Part shown: piece after piece, positions 48,336 to 57,418 of the stretch | Position numbering within the stretch: position 1 is the stretch's first letter | Layout: every line of letters begins with the position of its first letter | Origin: Candidatus Zixiibacteriota bacterium | GTDB lineage: Bacteria > Zixibacteria > MSB-5A5 > SM1-73 | Assembly: GCA_049694315.1 (NCBI GenBank) | Contig: JBAVQU010000008.1 | Span: 17,665-81,664 of the forward strand | Direction of reading: 5' to 3' | DNA: 64,000 nt | Position numbers and translations under genes: made by a program | Notes under the pieces: generated by a model | The model's database searches: none | Seen by the model: only the letters and a program-made list of their open reading frames with translations | Told to the model about the DNA's origin: nothing

Positions 48336-49613
48336 TTAAGTCTTTCTTTCCTTCTTTTTGGCAGCAGGAAAGAGGACGTTATTCAGTATGAGTCGATACC
48401 CGGGAGAGTTCTTGTGTAGGTTCAGATCGGTAGGCGGATCTCCAACCATATGCTGATAGTCCTCCGGATCGTGTCCCCCGTAGAAAGTCCAGGTGCCCCT
48501 CCCGATATTACCGTGGATGTACTTTACCTCGTCTCTTCCCTCGGTCTCTCCCAGGATGGTGACGTACTTCTTCAAGAGGCTTTTTCTGAAGGCGGTGGTC
48601 TGGCCCATGAATCCCTGCACCACGTTGACGTGATCCTGCACCAGCATGGTCGGCACCGGATCCAGCTTGGCCGAGAAATCAAAAAGCGTAAAATAGTCCG
48701 ACTCCGGGCCTATCCGGGCGGCGGTCTTGTCGGGTCCCGTATCTATGTTCGAATGCTCATACTTGTAGGCGTCGGTGGAGACCTGAAAATCCGTAAAGGC
48801 CAAGGTCTTGGAGTAATCGAGCTTGTTCTGGCAGTCGGGATCTGTTGGATCGCCATCCAGTTCTTCGGGGACGATATCTACGTTCTCCGCTGCCAGTGCT
48901 ATGTCCATGGTCTCGGTGGCGGAGCACATGGCGAAGACGAATCCACCCCGGACGGCATAGTCCTTGATCGCCCGGGCGACCAGTTTCTTCTCATCCGGCA
49001 CTTTCGCGAAACCCAGCTTCTTGGCCATCAGCTCGGACACCGCCACCTCTTGCTTGTACCAGAGCGCATTTCTGTAGGAACCGTAGAATTTTCCATACTG
49101 ACCGGTAAAATCCTCATGATGCAGGTGCAGCCAGTCATATTTCTCCAGTTCGCCTCTTACCACCTCTTCATCCCATAGCGTCGTGTATGGTATTTCCGCA
49201 TAGGTCAGGGCCAGAGTGACGGCATCGTCCCAGGGCTCCTTGTTGGGAGGAGTGTAGATGGCGATGGCCGGCGCTTTCTCCAAAAGCACCACCTCCATGT
49301 TGTTCTGCTCGATCTCCTTATAGATGGACGCCGCGGAGCTTAAATCGATCTCACTGAATGACACTCCTCTCAACCTGCAGATATCCGCCATGTCCTCGCG
49401 GAAATCGGTCATAAACGATCCGCCGCGGTAGTTCAGCAACCATTCCACATTGTAACCATGCTCTAAGGCCCAGTAGGCCACCCCGTATGCCTTTAGGTGA
49501 TCGGTCTGGGCCAGATCCATATAGATCAGAATCTTGTTGGCAGAGGAGCAGCCGAACAGAAGAGAGAAAAAAACGGGAAGAATAATGACGGCCCTAAGCA
49601 GTTTTCTAACCAT
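48336..49613 (-). CDS. Conserved lipoprotein of unknown function
   Basis: 425 aa with lipobox LLFGCS. No catalytic motif recognised. Confidence 0.55.
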   Translation of the reverse strand: MVRKLLRAVIILPVFFSLLFGCSSANKILIYMDLAQTDHLKAYGVAYWALEHGYNVEWLLNYRGGSFMTDFREDMADICRLRGVSFSEIDLSSAASIYKEIEQNNMEVVLLEKAPAIAIYTPPNKEPWDDAVTLALTYAEIPYTTLWDEEVVRGELEKYDWLHLHHEDFTGQYGKFYGSYRNALWYKQEVAVSELMAKKLGFAKVPDEKKLVARAIKDYAVRGGFVFAMCSATETMDIALAAENVDIVPEELDGDPTDPDCQNKLDYSKTLAFTDFQVSTDAYKYEHSNIDTGPDKTAARIGPESDYFTLFDFSAKLDPVPTMLVQDHVNVVQGFMGQTTAFRKSLLKKYVTILGETEGRDEVKYIHGNIGRGTWTFYGGHDPEDYQHMVGDPPTDLNLHKNSPGYRLILNNVLFPAAKKKERKT

Positions 49614-49967
49614 AGTAGTCTCCGGAGTCTTTCAGGTCCTTGGTGCTGGTTGTCGGCAGGCAATGCTCTGTCCGTTACTACAAAAGGTCGCCGCACCCTT
49701 AAGGGTGCGGGAAGATGCGCCCCGCCTTCAGGCAGGACCGCTACCGGGAAACTGGCGAGCCAAGAAGTCTCCTCGCTTGTAATTGAGAATACGTAGGGAG
49801 GCTCTCCTCAAATAGGATAAATCAGCACGGAATGGAGGATGACGGATGGCGGATTGCTCGACCCTAAGGAATGCCAATCTCTCCGCCGGTAGAATGGGGA
49901 GCAGTACGGAGCAAAGCGTTTGGGTTTGGCCCGGTTCTAAATCGGCGGTGAGCGAAGTCATGACATC

Positions 49968-51674
49968 TTATGCAGATTCTTCTGGCGACGACAAGGTGGG
50001 TCGGTGCAAGCCTTTGTGTTTGAAATAGTATGTCTCCGCTAAGGACAGGATATTGAATACGGTCCAGTAGAGGGTCAGTCCGGCGGGAAACTTGAAAAAG
50101 AAGAAGAAAAAGAGAATGGGCATGAAATAAACCATCATCGCCTGCTTAGGGTCTTTGATGGTGATCTTCTGCTGCCAGAACATAGTAGCAGCCATGATGA
50201 CGGGAAGAACGTAGTACGAGTCCATCTGGGAAAGGTCTTTGAGCCAGAAGACGAACTTTGCTCCCCTGAGTTCTATGGTGCTCCGGAATACCACAAACAG
50301 GCCATAGAAGACCGGCATTTGAAAGAGGAGAGGAAGACATCCGGAAAACGGATTTACTCCTGCCTGCTTATACAGCTTCATGGTCTCTTGATTCAAACGA
50401 GCAGGGTCCTTTTTGTATCTCTCCTTCAATTGAGCCAGCTTGGGTCCAAGCTCCTGCATCTTCCAGCTGGTGTGGGTGCTTTTGCGAGTGAGGGGATGGA
50501 AAACCACTTTCATCAATATGGTAAAGAAGATGATCACCAGCCCGTAGTTGGGGAAGATCTTGTGCAAGTTCACAAATAGCCACAAAACCGCTATGGAAAA
50601 CGGACGAATGATCTTCCAGCCCAAGTTGACCATGCGGTCCAAGTCCATGCCGTAGCTTCTGAGAAGGTGATAATCTATAGGTCCCACGTAGATCATGAAC
50701 TGATCCTTCAGCCCGAGCGTCCGCTCCAGGGGCATCTCCAGAGTCACGCCAATCCTTCTGGTTTCAACTTGCTCCTGTCCCCTAAGGGTGAGACTTCTTC
50801 TGCCCCAGGCAGAAAATCCCGCTCCCTTCTGGGATAGGGGGACGATGGCCGCGGCAAAGTACTTGGAGCGGGTGGCCACCCACTTAGTTTCTCCTGAGGC
50901 CGCCTCCTGCAGAGTCCCGATCTCAGCCCCTTTGGGTTGATTGAATTTCTTTATCTCCGACAACTCGGTTCCCATCATAGAATAAGCCGAGAAGTAGTTG
51001 AAATCCTCGGTTCTGTTCTTCTCGGTAGAGTTAAGTCCCGATGCCCAACCCAGAAGGTACTTTCGACCCAAATCGAGTTGACCTGATCCGCTGACTTCAA
51101 GCTCCAGACCAAAGTCGTACCGCCCGTTGACAAAAGTGTATCTCTTGGTGATCTGAGTCCCTGACTGCGAAGGAAGCACAAAATTGATGGCTCCCGCCGT
51201 CGCGGTTTTCCCCAGAACCAGCTCCTCCTTATCCGCCTGGAAGTTGTAAGAGTCCAGATTGACGTTGCTGTCGGGAAAGGTCAGGTTTAGGGGAGGAGAG
51301 GACTCGTCCAAAGGAATAAGCTGTATGTTTTTACCATCGGAGTCGACGTATTTTTTCAGAGTGAAGCTTTTCAGCACTGCCCCGCGGGTGGAAAACTCAG
51401 CCGTGTAAAGCTCGGTTTCCACCTTCACGATTCTTTCCTTAAGGAGAGTATCAGCCGGAGCCAGGCCCCGGGCTTTGGATTCCACCTGTGCCGGAGAAAT
51501 CTCCTTCAACTCTGACGCAGAAGGCAAAAGCTTTCCGGTGGAATCAGTCGTCGTTTGAGGCTCAACCGGAGTTCTTTGAGCCTTCTTCCCTCCGGTAATC
51601 CATTCCATGTACAACGGGTAGAGAATGATGATCACCAGGATCAAGACGAAACCGATGATACTCTTTTTGTCCAC
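49968..51674 (-). CDS. yidC: Membrane protein insertase YidC
   Basis: Large periplasmic P1 region, then the conserved C-terminal core (NYGLVIIFFTILMKVVFHPLT...KLYKQAGVNPFSGCLP.L.Q.PVF). Synteny with yidD-rnpA-rpmH. Confidence 0.9.
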   Translation of the reverse strand: MDKKSIIGFVLILVIIILYPLYMEWITGGKKAQRTPVEPQTTTDSTGKLLPSASELKEISPAQVESKARGLAPADTLLKERIVKVETELYTAEFSTRGAVLKSFTLKKYVDSDGKNIQLIPLDESSPPLNLTFPDSNVNLDSYNFQADKEELVLGKTATAGAINFVLPSQSGTQITKRYTFVNGRYDFGLELEVSGSGQLDLGRKYLLGWASGLNSTEKNRTEDFNYFSAYSMMGTELSEIKKFNQPKGAEIGTLQEAASGETKWVATRSKYFAAAIVPLSQKGAGFSAWGRRSLTLRGQEQVETRRIGVTLEMPLERTLGLKDQFMIYVGPIDYHLLRSYGMDLDRMVNLGWKIIRPFSIAVLWLFVNLHKIFPNYGLVIIFFTILMKVVFHPLTRKSTHTSWKMQELGPKLAQLKERYKKDPARLNQETMKLYKQAGVNPFSGCLPLLFQMPVFYGLFVVFRSTIELRGAKFVFWLKDLSQMDSYYVLPVIMAATMFWQQKITIKDPKQAMMVYFMPILFFFFFFKFPAGLTLYWTVFNILSLAETYYFKHKGLHRPTLSSPEESA

Positions 51675-51710
51675 GAAGGTCTCCTAAGGCATGAATTCGC
51701 CGGCTTACAG

Positions 51711-51932
51711 CTACGGCAGGGGATCGAATCCTCCCGGGTTAAACGGATGGCAACGGACAAGCCTTTTCACCGAAAGCCACGCTCCTTTGATTATTCCAAA
51801 CTTCCGGAAAGCCTCTATGGCATACTCAGAACAGGAAGGATGGAACCGGCAAGAAGGGGGAAACGCAAGTCCCAACGTGTTCTGGTAGATCCTGATAAGA
51901 AAAATCGGGATGCGATTGATAGTTTGTTCCAT
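51711..51932 (-). CDS. yidD: Membrane protein insertion efficiency factor YidD
   Basis: CRFHPSCSEYAIEAFRKFG...RL.RCHPF..GG.DP. I start it at ATG 51932; the ORF track extends to 51977. Confidence 0.85.
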   Translation of the reverse strand: MEQTINRIPIFLIRIYQNTLGLAFPPSCRFHPSCSEYAIEAFRKFGIIKGAWLSVKRLVRCHPFNPGGFDPLP

Positions 51933-52130
51933 CTCATCACCCGCCGGGGTCAAGCTGATACTGTCAGGCTGGGACATTCTCGACCGGCTGTGTCCTCATG
52001 TTTGGCAGAAAAAATCTTCTCACTTCGCTTTACTAAACCGGGACATCGTGCGGACTGAGGTCCGAACCAAGCGCGATCAAGTGAATCAGATCATCTTCGC
52101 TGGGGTGCACGTCCGGTGAGTTCCCGTTGG

Positions 52131-52466
52131 TCAACGGATCAAACTCACCATCTCTGCTTTCAACTCGCGGACGTCCTTCTCTGCGGCAGCAGACCGGCAG
52201 AGCACTACCACCTGTTCATCCCTGCCGAATCTATCCTTGTTCCTCCTCAGAAATTCCCGGATCATTCTCTTGAGTCTGTTTCTTGAAGCCGCCTTTTTGA
52301 TCCCCCGGGCGACTTTGATGCCGAACTTTTGTCCCTCATGGTGATCGGCCCGCAGCCGGAATACGACTAAGCTCGCCCCTCCTCTCCTGGCGCCGTGTTC
52401 CAGGATTCGCTTGAACTCAAATTCCTTTTTGACAACTAAGGTTTTGGGGAATCCTTCGTTTTTCAA
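52131..52466 (-). CDS. rnpA: Ribonuclease P protein component
   Basis: 111 aa basic protein between rpmH and yidD. K.A..RNRLKR..RE motif. Confidence 0.85.
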   Translation of the reverse strand: MKNEGFPKTLVVKKEFEFKRILEHGARRGGASLVVFRLRADHHEGQKFGIKVARGIKKAASRNRLKRMIREFLRRNKDRFGRDEQVVVLCRSAAAEKDVRELKAEMVSLIR

Positions 52467-52491
52467 ATAAGGTCACTCTGTGCCGGAGAGG

Positions 52492-52638
52492 TTACTTGGG
52501 AACCCGAACAGTCAATCGGGCTCGACCTTTGGCCCGACGTCTTTTCAGAGTCTTTCTGCCGCCCTTGGTGGACATTCGTTTCCGAAAACCGTGCTCCCTG
52601 GCCTTTTTCACGTTAGAGGGCTGAAAAGTTCTTTTCAT
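52492..52638 (-). CDS. rpmH: 50S ribosomal protein L34
   Basis: Not in the ORF track. Minus-strand translation is [48 protein letters not shown] (48 aa), preceded by SD aaaggagac. Confidence 0.95.
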   Translation of the reverse strand: MKRTFQPSNVKKAREHGFRKRMSTKGGRKTLKRRRAKGRARLTVRVPK

Positions 52639-52782
52639 GCTGTCTCCTTTTTATGCTCGCCACGCCATTAGCGTTCCAATATACGCGCCGATCCCATGTC
52701 CGTCAAGAAAAAAGTGCCGCTCGCCGCTGCGGCTGCTGAATAAAAAATCTTGACTTTTCATTCTCTGTAGGTTAATTAAATA

Positions 52783-52811
52783 TTGACGGCGGAGAATAAT
52801 CCAAATAAAAT
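52783..52811 (+). promoter_or_regulatory. Candidate sigma-70 promoter of the DCD / GNAT-ASCH operon
   Basis: TTGACG, 17-nt spacer, TAAAAT, about 40 nt upstream of the ATG at 52853. Confidence 0.4.
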
Positions 52812-52852
52812 TTCATATTTCTTAACTATAAGGGTAATCAACATATCAACAA

Positions 52853-53974
52853 ATGAGCAAAGAAGACTATAAAGAGTTTAGACCTGGTGTTCTAAATCAA
52901 GAGCAGGTTCTTAATCTAGACGGAGCAGTGATTCACAATTTAAAAAACGAAGCTGTTGATCTTTCTGCCTTTGACCTACATATATCTCAACAAGGCTGGG
53001 AAATGAAAGGAAGTATAAAAGCTTCACAAAATACAAATATAGACAAGATAATTAGAGAATTCAGTGAGCACGCCTTGTCAAACGGTGGACCATGGATACT
53101 TAAAACCGGTAAAACCTATATTTTTGCATTACGAGAATATCTCACACTCCCGAATAACAGCAAGCTCTTTGGCCAAGCTACCGGTAAGAGCTCGATAGGG
53201 AGATTGGATGTACTTACGAGATTAATGGTAAATAACTGCCCCTCTTTTGATACAATAAAAGATGATGGCTATAAGGGGAGTCTTTATTTAGAGGTCACCC
53301 CGATCACTTTCCCAATACAAGTTCAGGAGGGCAATGCTCTTTGCCAATTGAGACTTTTTAGGGGTTTACCTGAATGGAGTGAAATCAAAGAAGAGGAACT
53401 ACAACTGTTTGGTCCAATGATTTTAAAAGAGGATGGAGAACCGAAAATAGTAGATGTGAAAGAACTTACTGTAAACCTAATGCCCGATGAAAAAGGGATT
53501 TCTGTATTTGGGACTAAAGAAAAGAAAGAAATTGAGGAGAAGAATATAGTCGTGGATTTAACCAAAGGAACGGAGTTCCACAACCCCAAAGAGTTTTGGG
53601 AAGATATTAAGTTGAAAAAAGACTTTACATTGGAAATAACACCAGAAAGATTTTATATTCTCAGATCAAAAGAAAGATTTAAATTACCTCTTAATGTAGC
53701 TGTTTCTTGTCAGGCTGTTTCTGAGACCTTAGGAGAGTTAAGAATTCACTATGCTGGTTTTGTTCATCCGGGTTTTGGTTTTGACCGAGAGAAAGGGACT
53801 CCAATAATATTTGAGGTGAGAGGACATAATGTCACGACATTTCTACGTGATGGTGAGACGCTTGCCCACTTCAAATATTATTGGATGTCGGAACGTTGTA
53901 AAGAACAGAAAAAAAGTGGTTACGAAGAACAGGAACTGAAACTTTCACGATACTTCAAGGAATGGACTAAATGA
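52853..53974 (+). CDS. Long-form 2'-deoxycytidine 5'-triphosphate deaminase (DCD, dUTPase-fold) family protein
   Basis: GKSSIGRLDVLTRLM....FD.....GY.G.LYLEV.PITFPI.V..G..L.QLR...G in the first half. FYILRSKE...LP.......QAVSETLGELRIHYAGFVHPGFGF......TPIIFEVRGH and C-terminal LKLSRYF in the second half. This matches my recollection of the about 360-aa DCD family. Confidence 0.7.
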   Translation: MSKEDYKEFRPGVLNQEQVLNLDGAVIHNLKNEAVDLSAFDLHISQQGWEMKGSIKASQNTNIDKIIREFSEHALSNGGPWILKTGKTYIFALREYLTLPNNSKLFGQATGKSSIGRLDVLTRLMVNNCPSFDTIKDDGYKGSLYLEVTPITFPIQVQEGNALCQLRLFRGLPEWSEIKEEELQLFGPMILKEDGEPKIVDVKELTVNLMPDEKGISVFGTKEKKEIEEKNIVVDLTKGTEFHNPKEFWEDIKLKKDFTLEITPERFYILRSKERFKLPLNVAVSCQAVSETLGELRIHYAGFVHPGFGFDREKGTPIIFEVRGHNVTTFLRDGETLAHFKYYWMSERCKEQKKSGYEEQELKLSRYFKEWTK

Positions 53975-54999
53975 AAGCAGAAGGTAACCTATTTACAGAA
54001 CTAAGTGTAAACCGAAATCTGAAAGTGATCAAGTTTGGTGGAGATTTCGTGCCTCCTCCCGATTCCTTGAGACATTTAGAACAGTTGGTGGAGGAATGCG
54101 AGGATCTTTATCCAGGCATAGATATTTGGTTCAAGAAGAAAGTTATGCCTGATCTACAAGAAAAGAACAGGGTTGCCTTTTTGGTTTACAACGATTCTCG
54201 TCCTATCGGTGCGGCAGTAGCTCGAAAAGGAGATGACACCAAACTATGTAGCCTTAGGGTTCTTCCGGAAGAACAGAAGAAGGGACTTGGGCATCTTTTA
54301 ATTGCTCTAATAGCAAACGAGGTCAGAAATACAGCTTCACATGTTCATTTTACCGCTCCTTCCAGGTTATGGTTTGAATTGGAACAATTCTTTAAAAGTT
54401 ATGGATTTGTAAATAATGGACTCGCCGGAGTTCAATATCGACTTTTTGATGAAGAATTATCTTGTAGCGCAGATTATAAGGATATCTGGAGTGGTGTGGT
54501 CAACAAACTTCCTGCTATTATTGAGAATTTCACCTTAAATGGAAACAGATCACACTGCGATTTAGTACTTAGTATCCAACCAGATTTTGCAAAAAGAATA
54601 ATTCAGGGAAGAAAAAGGGTAGAAATTAGACGAAGATTTTCAGAAAGATGGAAAGGTGCTTCCACTCTAATTTATGCTTCTTCTCCTGATAGGCATTTCG
54701 TTGGAGAGGCGATAATAGATGATGTCATAACAACTTCGCCTGAAAGGATTTGGTCAAATTGGAAAGATGAAATCGGGTGTACTTATGTTGAATTTGCTTC
54801 ATATTGCAAGGGTGCTTCAGAAGTTAGTGCCATAATATTCAAGGAAGTCAAACCATTTAAGGACCCTATACCACAGATACAGATGGAACAGCTATTACAA
54901 AAGGATTTAAAAGCACCTCAGTCATATTTAGAAGTAAAAAAACAGACGGTATGGCCTACCGCACTGTCCCTCAGTTGTCTTCTTCGCACGAATGTTTAG
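53971..54999 (+). CDS. GNAT acetyltransferase - ASCH domain fusion protein
   Basis: ATGA overlap with the upstream gene. GNAT motif A region LCSLRVLPEEQKKGLGHLLIA. The C-terminal half (LVLSIQPDFAKRIIQGRKRVEIRRRF...LIYASSP.RHFVGEAIIDDV) has an ASCH/PUA-like pattern. Confidence 0.6.
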   Translation: MKAEGNLFTELSVNRNLKVIKFGGDFVPPPDSLRHLEQLVEECEDLYPGIDIWFKKKVMPDLQEKNRVAFLVYNDSRPIGAAVARKGDDTKLCSLRVLPEEQKKGLGHLLIALIANEVRNTASHVHFTAPSRLWFELEQFFKSYGFVNNGLAGVQYRLFDEELSCSADYKDIWSGVVNKLPAIIENFTLNGNRSHCDLVLSIQPDFAKRIIQGRKRVEIRRRFSERWKGASTLIYASSPDRHFVGEAIIDDVITTSPERIWSNWKDEIGCTYVEFASYCKGASEVSAIIFKEVKPFKDPIPQIQMEQLLQKDLKAPQSYLEVKKQTVWPTALSLSCLLRTNV

Positions 55000-55497
55000 A
55001 GTGGCCTTTTGATTTAATCTCCCACCGCCAGGATCTGAAAAGGAACATCTCCTTGGTCGTGGAATATCTTGCTTAGTCTATATCCTGATCTGTGCCCGCC
55101 GAAACTAACTGAATGCCATGACAATACAGATAAATTACATTCCTCGCACAGGCAATTCACTATTGTCTTCATTTCAAACATTCCAAAACCTTAGCAACCA
55201 AGCTAAATTTGTGCTTCCCTAAAGAGGGAAATAGGGAGTTGTCAATCATCACCAACGCCAAAGAATCGGACCGCTCTTCGATCGACCAACCGCAACTCGA
55301 ATTCTCAGGATTGCTCCACCCGATGAGAACAGTTGATCGGCGTAATGATATGACAAAAAATAGAATAGCCAGTCCGCTCGCGGAAAACATGAGTCGAATT
55401 CAAAATCAGAGACGGCAGGAACCCCCTCCAGAACTCCCTTCTAAGAAAGTCAGGTCATGCAACTTATAAGTTTTCTTCGGTCACCCCATAAAAAGCC

Positions 55498-55526
55498 TTG
55501 ACAAGGAAATCCAAGAGGGTTATTTT
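55498..55526 (+). promoter_or_regulatory. Candidate sigma-70 promoter upstream of dnaA
   Basis: TTGACA, 17-nt spacer, TATTTT, located just upstream of the DnaA boxes. Confidence 0.35.
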
Positions 55527-55565
55527 GAAGGACGTGAACCCATAAGTGATTATCTGTTAACAAGA

Positions 55566-55715
55566 TGTGGATAATCTGTGACAATTTCGCAAGTCTATAC
55601 GAATGATAAGCTAACGGGGGTTCCAGTTTCCTCCTTGATTGTGGATAACATTCTTTCCTTGGACATGGAAGCATCCATAAACACCCACCATTCACAAAGA
55701 TAGAGTTTTTCCACA
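55566..55715. promoter_or_regulatory. DnaA-box cluster upstream of dnaA
   Basis: Perfect TGTGGATAA at 55566-55574 and 55640-55648. TTTTCCACA (1 mismatch, opposite orientation) at 55707-55715. Confidence 0.7.
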
Positions 55716-55817
55716 AGTGTTGGTAACTTGTTGCTGGTTACTCGCACCCGATTGAGCCGGATACCAAGCGAGAGAGACTTTGTATTTGTACTGGAAAACA
55801 CAAGAGGGCGATTCCAT

Positions 55818-57170
55818 ATGGAAACGGATGGCGCGAGACTCTGGGAAGACTGTCTATCGCATTTGAGAAAAAGAATAAGACAGCAAAGCTTCTGCACCTG
55901 GCTGAGAGCCACACGGGGGCTTCCATCTCCCGAAGGGTCAATCCGGGTGGCCGTACCCAACAAGTTTGTGGCGGATTGGCTGGAGGAGCACTATCTGAGC
56001 CTGATCAAGGAGAGCCTAAAGGAAGTGGCTCAGGGCGAGTTGTCTTTAAGCTTTCACCTATCCAAGGACTCACAGAATTATCACCCTCAGATGAGCATGA
56101 ATTTCGATCAACCGCCCGCCAGAAAGTCTGCTGCGCAGCTTGCTCCCGAGAAAGGGCTAAATCCGAAGTACACTTTTGAAGCCTTCGTGGTGGGAGAGAG
56201 CAATCAGTTTGCTCACGCCGCCGCCATGGCAGTGGCCGAGGCTCCAGGCAAAACGAAGTACAACCCGCTGTACGTTTACGGCGGAGTCGGCCTGGGCAAG
56301 ACTCACTTGGCTCAAGCCATCGGTCACTTCGCTCTGGATGCCTACGAAGGCATAAAGATACTCTACGTGACCAGCGAGAAATTCACCAATGATTTCATCA
56401 GCTCCATCACCTCCAACACCACCCAGGAGTTCACCAGTCTCTATCGAAACGTAGACATCCTGCTTTTGGACGACATTCAATTCTTCACCGGCAAAGAGAG
56501 CACTCAAGTTCAATTCTTTCATACCTTCAACGTGCTTTACCAGAATGGAAAGCAAATCGTTTTGACCTCGGATCGTCCCCCCCGGGAGATAAGAGGAATA
56601 GAGGAGAGGCTTCTGTCGCGCTTCCAGCAAGGACTGGTCACCGACATTCAGCCGCCGGACTTGGAGACCCGCATAGCCATCCTCAACAAGAAAACCGAGT
56701 CCGACAATATCTCCATTCCGATCGAGGTAGCCACCTTTATCGCAGACAACATAACCTCCAACATTCGCGAGCTGGAGGGATCATTGATTCGCCTCTTGGC
56801 TTACGCCTCTCTGAATTCCAAAGAGATCACCGTGGATTTGGCCAAGGAGGTTCTGAAAGATACCATAAGAAATGGAACTAGGGAGGTTACCATAGACCAG
56901 ATCCAAAGAAAAGTGGCTGCCGCCTATAGTCTTTCTCCGGAGAGCCTATGCTCCAAGAGGAAAACCCAGGAGATCGCGTTGGCTCGCCAGGTGGCGATGT
57001 ACTTGTCCCGCAGCCTCACTAATGGCTCTTTGAAAGCCATCGGCTTGCATTTTGGCGGAAGGGATCATTCAACTGTGATCTACGCTTGCAGTTTGGTGGC
57101 TGAAAACCTAAAACTGGATCACGCTTTTAAGTTAAAGGTTGATTTAATCATCAACTCTCTTTATGTTTAA
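55818..57170 (+). CDS. dnaA: Chromosomal replication initiator protein DnaA
   Basis: NPLYVYGGVGLGKTHL (Walker A), LLLDDIQF (Walker B), SNIRELEG, and C-terminal HFGGRDHSTVIYA. I start it at ATG 55818 (METDGARLWEDC). Confidence 0.95.
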   Translation: METDGARLWEDCLSHLRKRIRQQSFCTWLRATRGLPSPEGSIRVAVPNKFVADWLEEHYLSLIKESLKEVAQGELSLSFHLSKDSQNYHPQMSMNFDQPPARKSAAQLAPEKGLNPKYTFEAFVVGESNQFAHAAAMAVAEAPGKTKYNPLYVYGGVGLGKTHLAQAIGHFALDAYEGIKILYVTSEKFTNDFISSITSNTTQEFTSLYRNVDILLLDDIQFFTGKESTQVQFFHTFNVLYQNGKQIVLTSDRPPREIRGIEERLLSRFQQGLVTDIQPPDLETRIAILNKKTESDNISIPIEVATFIADNITSNIRELEGSLIRLLAYASLNSKEITVDLAKEVLKDTIRNGTREVTIDQIQRKVAAAYSLSPESLCSKRKTQEIALARQVAMYLSRSLTNGSLKAIGLHFGGRDHSTVIYACSLVAENLKLDHAFKLKVDLIINSLYV

Positions 57171-57418
57171 ATGATGTTACTTTCTTCTGGTTAACTGGTG
57201 GAAAACAACACCTTTGGATTGGCTGGATCATGGAGTAAACTCCCTTACACATATTAGTTAACAGACGTCAAAATAATCAGATATACATAACTTAAACCAA
57301 GACAATCTTATACACCAACTATTTAAGATGTATTAACATTTCAACACCATTATTCATTATTATTTAAATTTGATGTCTTTAATATGAATTCTAAAGAAAA
57401 CTTAAAGGAGAGTGTTCT
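57171..57418. other. AT-rich dnaA-dnaN spacer; candidate DNA-unwinding part of oriC
   Basis: Very AT-rich, for example cattattcattattatttaaatttgatgtctttaatatgaattc. Only degenerate DnaA-box-like sites are present (gtggaaaac, ttatacacc). Confidence 0.4.

Noticed and set aside
52480-52671. 63-aa plus-strand ORF
   Set aside because: It is antisense to an unmistakable rpmH (L34) coding sequence on the minus strand.
55169-55469. Overlapping 73-aa (minus) and 86-aa (plus) ORFs in the region between the GNAT-ASCH gene and dnaA
   Set aside because: They have no SD and no recognisable motif, and they are mutually antisense. The region is better treated as non-coding origin-proximal DNA or a degraded remnant.
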